Origin: Marsupella aquatica
Taxonomy: Eukaryota > Plantae > Marchantiophyta
Direction of reading: 5' to 3'
Length of the DNA stretch: 64,000 nt
NCBI GenBank assembly: GCA_973895155.1
Contig: OZ316899.1
Coordinates: forward strand, 3,059,455 to 3,123,454
The notes under the pieces were generated by a model. The model worked only from the letters and a program-made list of their open reading frames with translations. It did not search any database and was not told where the DNA came from. This document shows positions 59,721 through 64,000 of this stretch, in pieces. Numbering within the stretch: position 1 is the stretch's first letter; every line of letters begins with the position of its first letter. Made by a program: the position numbers and the translations under genes.

Positions 59721-62526
59721 TCACAATGGTGGTAGGCCGCTTTGCTTATGATAGCTTCCAAGGATCTCTGAGGCATTACCCAAATTTTCCTCCGGTTCCC
59801 AAGTACTCTCGGCCTGATCGTAGCCAGCCCACTTCACCAAATACTCTAAGATTTGCCTTCCCAACTTGCGTTTGTAACGGTGGTCCAGAATTGCCTCCAC
59901 CTCAAACTCCTCAGCGTCCTCCACCAGCATGGCGTTCGGACGCAAGACCTGATCCCGGTTGGGATCATCATCTTTGACAAACTTCTTGAGCCGGCTAACA
60001 TGGTAGCTTTTGCCCACGCCCATTTCCTTGGGTGTCTCTAACACCACCAAAACCGGATTATCCTTGTGGGCCCATCGTATAATGCAATACGGCCCCGCAT
60101 ATCTGGGAGCCAGCTTCCTACTTATGTTCCAGTGGTATTGCTCAGGTCTCAATTGCAACCAGACGCTCTCCCCAATTTCAAAGCTTACCTGGCGTCAATG
60201 TTTATCCCCTTGCTCCTTGTACCGACTTTGGGCAAGGGTCATACCCTTGGTAGCCGCTTCCACAACTAGGTGTCGCTCTTGAATAAAATCATCCGTGGAA
60301 GGAACCTTGCTTTTCGTCTGCCAAGCTTCCGGATTTATAAACCAGGAGGGCGCCCTTGGCGTCCTCCCTGTGGCCAACACAAACGGCGCAAACCCCATTG
60401 CCGAATGCTTGGTCGAGTTATACCTAAACTCGACCATCGTTAAGTGCCTTGCCCAATCCTTTTGATTGGCCGTCACAAAGTGACGCAAGTAGTCCTCCAC
60501 GATACCATTAACCCGTTCCATTTGGCCATCTGTCTCATGATGATACGTTGATCCCCTAGTCAGGTCCGTTCCGGATAACCAAAACAACGCATTCCAGAAA
60601 TGGCCCGTGAACTTGGTATCGCGATCGGACAGGATATGCAACGGCAATCCCCACTGTCGAAAGACATTGTCAAACACTAGACCGGCGACCTCTTGGGTCG
60701 AAACCATCTTCATAGTAGGCAGGAAATACGCCATCTTGGAAAAACGATCCACAATTGTTAAGATGGAGTTACTGCCATGGGATTCAGGTAACCCAACAAT
60801 GAAGTCCATGGAGATAGACTCCCATGGAGCCGCAGCTACTGGTAAGGGTTGTAGCAGTCCTCCTTTTGCCCTATAGACCGTTTGGTTCTTTTGGCATGAG
60901 TAACAACTTTGCATGTATTGAAGGACCAATTGCTTCATGTCCGACCAATACACATCTCGCGACATGCTACGATACATAGCAGCTTGTCCTCCATGCCCCT
61001 CCCCAGGGCAAGCCGTGGTACTTTTGCAAAACCTCTAACCTTAGAGACTCTGGTATGTACACACGCCTTTGCTTGTATCGCCATAATTGGACATTATGCG
61101 CCTTATCCAACCCCAATGATACGTGCCTTACCTTGCCTTGGCTACCCCCATTGCTTTGCCATTCCTTAGCTAACCTGTCATCCCCATATGCCGCGGCTAG
61201 AACCTTTGGCCACTCGGATTTGAGCATCGTGATCCCATTGACACGATGTTGGTCCTTACGCGATAACGCGTCCGCTGCCGTATTTGTCTTCCCTGGAATG
61301 TGGCGGACTTCGAAATCAAAATCCGCCAAGAACATCTGCCAGCGCATTTCCTTGGGGTTCAGCCTTGGCTTAGAACTGAAGTACCCGGTCGGCGAGCTAT
61401 CTGTGTGGATTACCACGTTGGGACTGTTCTTAAGGTAAATCTCCCACTTCTTCAATGCATATATCACAACATATATTTCCCTTTCCGGCGTGATCCAGTG
61501 ATTTTCCAACTTACATGACTCAAAGGCCACAGGACGCCCATCTTGGTGAAGACAGGCGCCGATGGTATAATCACTTGCGTCTGTTAAAATCTTGAATGGC
61601 TTCCCCATCTCAGGTAACTTTAGAACCGACGGCGTTATCATTAGCCGCTTAAGCTCTAGGAATGCTAACTCGCAATCCCGTGTCCACACAAACACTTTGT
61701 TTTTCAACGTTAGCGCGTTTAGGGGCCTCGCAATCCTTGCATAGTCTTTCATGTATCTCCGATAGAACCCCGTAAATCCTAAGAAGGCTCTAACTTGCCT
61801 TACATTGGACGGGCGCTCCCATTCTTTGATCTCCTTAAGCTTGTCCTGACTAGGCGTAATCCCTTCCGGGGTAAAGGTATGGCCGAGGAACTGAATCTCG
61901 TTCATCGCAAACTTGCACTTGCTAGGTTTAGCAAAGAGACGAGCCTTACGAAGGCGAGAGAACACTTCTCTGAGCAACTGCTCATGTTCCTCCAACGTTT
62001 TCGAGTAGATTAGGATGTTGTCAATAAAGACGACCACTCCTTGGTCCAACAAGTCATGAAAGATGGTATTCATCATCTTCATGAACATTGCGGTTGCGTT
62101 ACACAACCCGAACGGCATAACCAAAAACTCATAGGATACAAACCTTGTGCGCATCGCAATCTTATACTCGTCTCTCTTAGCCATGCGGATCTGGTAATAC
62201 CCAGACCGCAAGTCCACCTTTGAAAACTTCTTAGCCCCGGAGAGGCAATCGAAGAGGTCATCCATATGAGGTAACAATGGGTACTTGTTCTTTATCATTT
62301 GCTTATTGAGCGCCCGCTAATCTGCGCACAATCTCAAAGTACCATCCTTTTTGGACACAAATAGCGCGGGCGCCGCCGCGTAAGGACTCTTACTAGGGCA
62401 AATGAACCCTTGGTCGATCAACTCTTCCAAGGCGTTCTTCAACATCATTCGCTTGTTCAGGTTCAAGCGATAAGGAGCTTTAGCCTGAGGAGCCAAACCT
62501 GGCTCCAACTCAACTTGGTGATTCAC
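59721..62526 (-). pseudogene. Gypsy pol: RT, RNase H, integrase (GPY) and chromodomain; disabled
   Basis: PSKSPYAA, KVDLRSGYYQIR, MPFGLCNA, FIDN in place of YxDD, TDASD, PWESISMDFIVGLP, SDRD, ERVN, RYAGPY, and FEVEAILDHR...YLVKWAGY...TWEPEENL. Stops and frameshifts near 62317, 60970 and 60195. Confidence 0.93.
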
Positions 62527-63094
62527 TTCTCTCCGCGGGGGTAAACCTCTAGGTAGCTTCTACGAGAGCACGTCATTGAATTCCTCTAAAATTTCAGGAA
62601 TTCGACCACAGTCGGGCCCGACCTTAGCTGACTTGACCTTTGGCTGCGAAGCAGCCTCCTTAGTTGGGTGGAGATGAAAGAAGAAACATTCATGTCCACC
62701 CTTGAAGTCTTTTGTGACGCCAATGACATGGTCCTTATTTTGTAATCTGATTAAGTAGGTTGCTGTATGCAAGGAGTAGCTATTGATATTACATAACAAT
62801 TAGCAAGATGGCAAGAATAAGGGCAATCATGGCGTTAAGAGTAGGGAAATAAAAACTATGTCGCGGGTGGTCGACGACCATATCTCTTTCAATATGTCAC
62901 CAAATCGGGATCTGTAAAGAGCATTGGAAAGATCTGGTCAAGGCGAGTAAAATCGATATAAAACACTCAGGAAACGGAGGTGTATTAAGAGAGATACGGC
63001 CTGATTAGTGTGACGGGTTAACTTATGGCCGGAATTAGCGGATTCGGCTTCAGTTTCGGGTTAACCCAAGCTCGACCACGGCTTAGCTTATGTG

Positions 63095-63400
63095 AGCACG
63101 GCTTCAGCTTAGCTCAGGTAAGCACGGCTTCAGCTTAGCTCAGGTGAGCACGGCTTCAGCTTAGCTTAGGTCAGCACAGCTTCAGCTTAGGCTTAACCTA
63201 GGTTCGGATTAGATTGAACTCGGGTTAGCCTAAACTCGGGCTCAGGTTAGCATAGGTAAGCTCGGGTTCGGGCTCAGCTTAGGCTAGGTTAGCGGATAGC
63301 GGGTAGCGGCCTAACCCGAGACCACGGGTTAGCTCTACTCGGGTTAGATAGGATAGCTAGGTTAGCCGAACTCGGGTTAGCTATGTAACTCGGGTTAGCG
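63095..63400. repeat. 26-bp tandem repeat (about 3.7 copies, 63095-63190) followed by dispersed ctcgggttag motifs
   Basis: agcacggcttcagcttagctcaggt(a/g/c) at 63095, 63121, 63147 and 63173; cgggttag recurs near 63220, 63325, 63340, 63370 and 63390. Confidence 0.8.
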
Positions 63401-64000
63401 CAGTAGTGAGTACCCTCTCTCGGTTGCGGGGGCATAACTCTCTGTGTATTTGACCAAATCGGCTATAATTGACCTCGTTGGAAAGAGGAGCTCAAGCCGC
63501 TTCCAACGCTGCTATCCACGTAGCAAATGGTTGAATACAGAAATCGGGAGAGGAGGCGTAAGCTCGCAAAAACCATGGAGGAGGGCCAAATCCGAAGTAC
63601 ATAGCCAATTCGAGATAGAAATAAAGCTGCGAGTTAGGGTTCAGTAGTTAGAGATAGTGGCGGCTCTGTTAGGGCTGGGATGGGGCTCCAGCAGCGTAGT
63701 ACCCAGCCATTTGGGCTCAGTATGAGAGTATATAGAGCAGCCCCCCGGTAGAGGCAGGGGGGGGGACTTCAGTTATGTGATCTCACTTAGACTGAGCAGT
63801 AGGATTGTGGCTCTTTCTAGTGGGCAGCACAACTGGGTTCTTTTCCCCCGATACAGAGCCTTGGTGATAGGTGATGTATTGGTGATTGTAAACTGTGGGG
63901 AGGATTTCAATTCGATTTGCGGTGGGCACATTAGGGAGGCTGAGATGCTGATTAAGGGGCAGCAGGAGGAGCATTTACAGTTCAGTTTGGCAAGGCTACG

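Larger units (their letters stand above)
58466..62800 (-). mobile_element. Chromodomain-bearing Ty3/Gypsy element (chromovirus, Tcn1-like), 3' portion
   Basis: RT, RNase H, integrase and chromodomain in Gypsy order, about 1 kb of 3' non-coding sequence, then the LTR. Confidence 0.85.

Noticed and set aside
63215-63400. Interstitial telomeric repeats (GGGTTAG)
   Set aside because: The motifs are dispersed within a longer ctcgggttag unit, not tandem TTTAGGG/TTAGGG arrays.

Overview
Eukaryotic land-plant genomic DNA, most likely a non-seed plant (bryophyte-like; inferred from the TE protein families and the chromovirus type). The window holds one intact host gene in a dense nest of mostly decayed transposons. 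The gene is a six-exon LAG1/LOH-family ceramide synthase on the minus strand (30073-43819, 290 aa, two introns of 5-6 kb). Left part: a Tnt1/Tork-like Copia element (8.5-13.1 kb, minus) has a CACTA element in its RT (1633-8493), and that CACTA has a Gypsy element in its transposase (1-1632). Middle: a disabled P-element-superfamily transposase (17.8-22.3 kb, minus). Upstream of it is an EDM2/NSD-type PHD-finger array that can be rebuilt by removing a 286-bp MITE with a 9-bp TSD. Downstream is a perfect D-armless tRNA-like fold. A ParB-like pseudo-ORF follows at 28.2-29.8 kb. Right part: a chromodomain Gypsy (Tcn1-like) pol, plus a same-family segment carrying a long ORF antisense to pol. A 3.8-kb TG...CA element with a 5-bp TSD splits them exactly at the LTR junction. 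It looks like a giant solo LTR with a protein-coding ORF inside. One uncharacterised 'LPW...EFLVPI' domain family occurs three times in different element contexts. No CRISPR array, rRNA or canonical tRNA gene was seen. Coordinates were read by eye; no alignment or database search was run.
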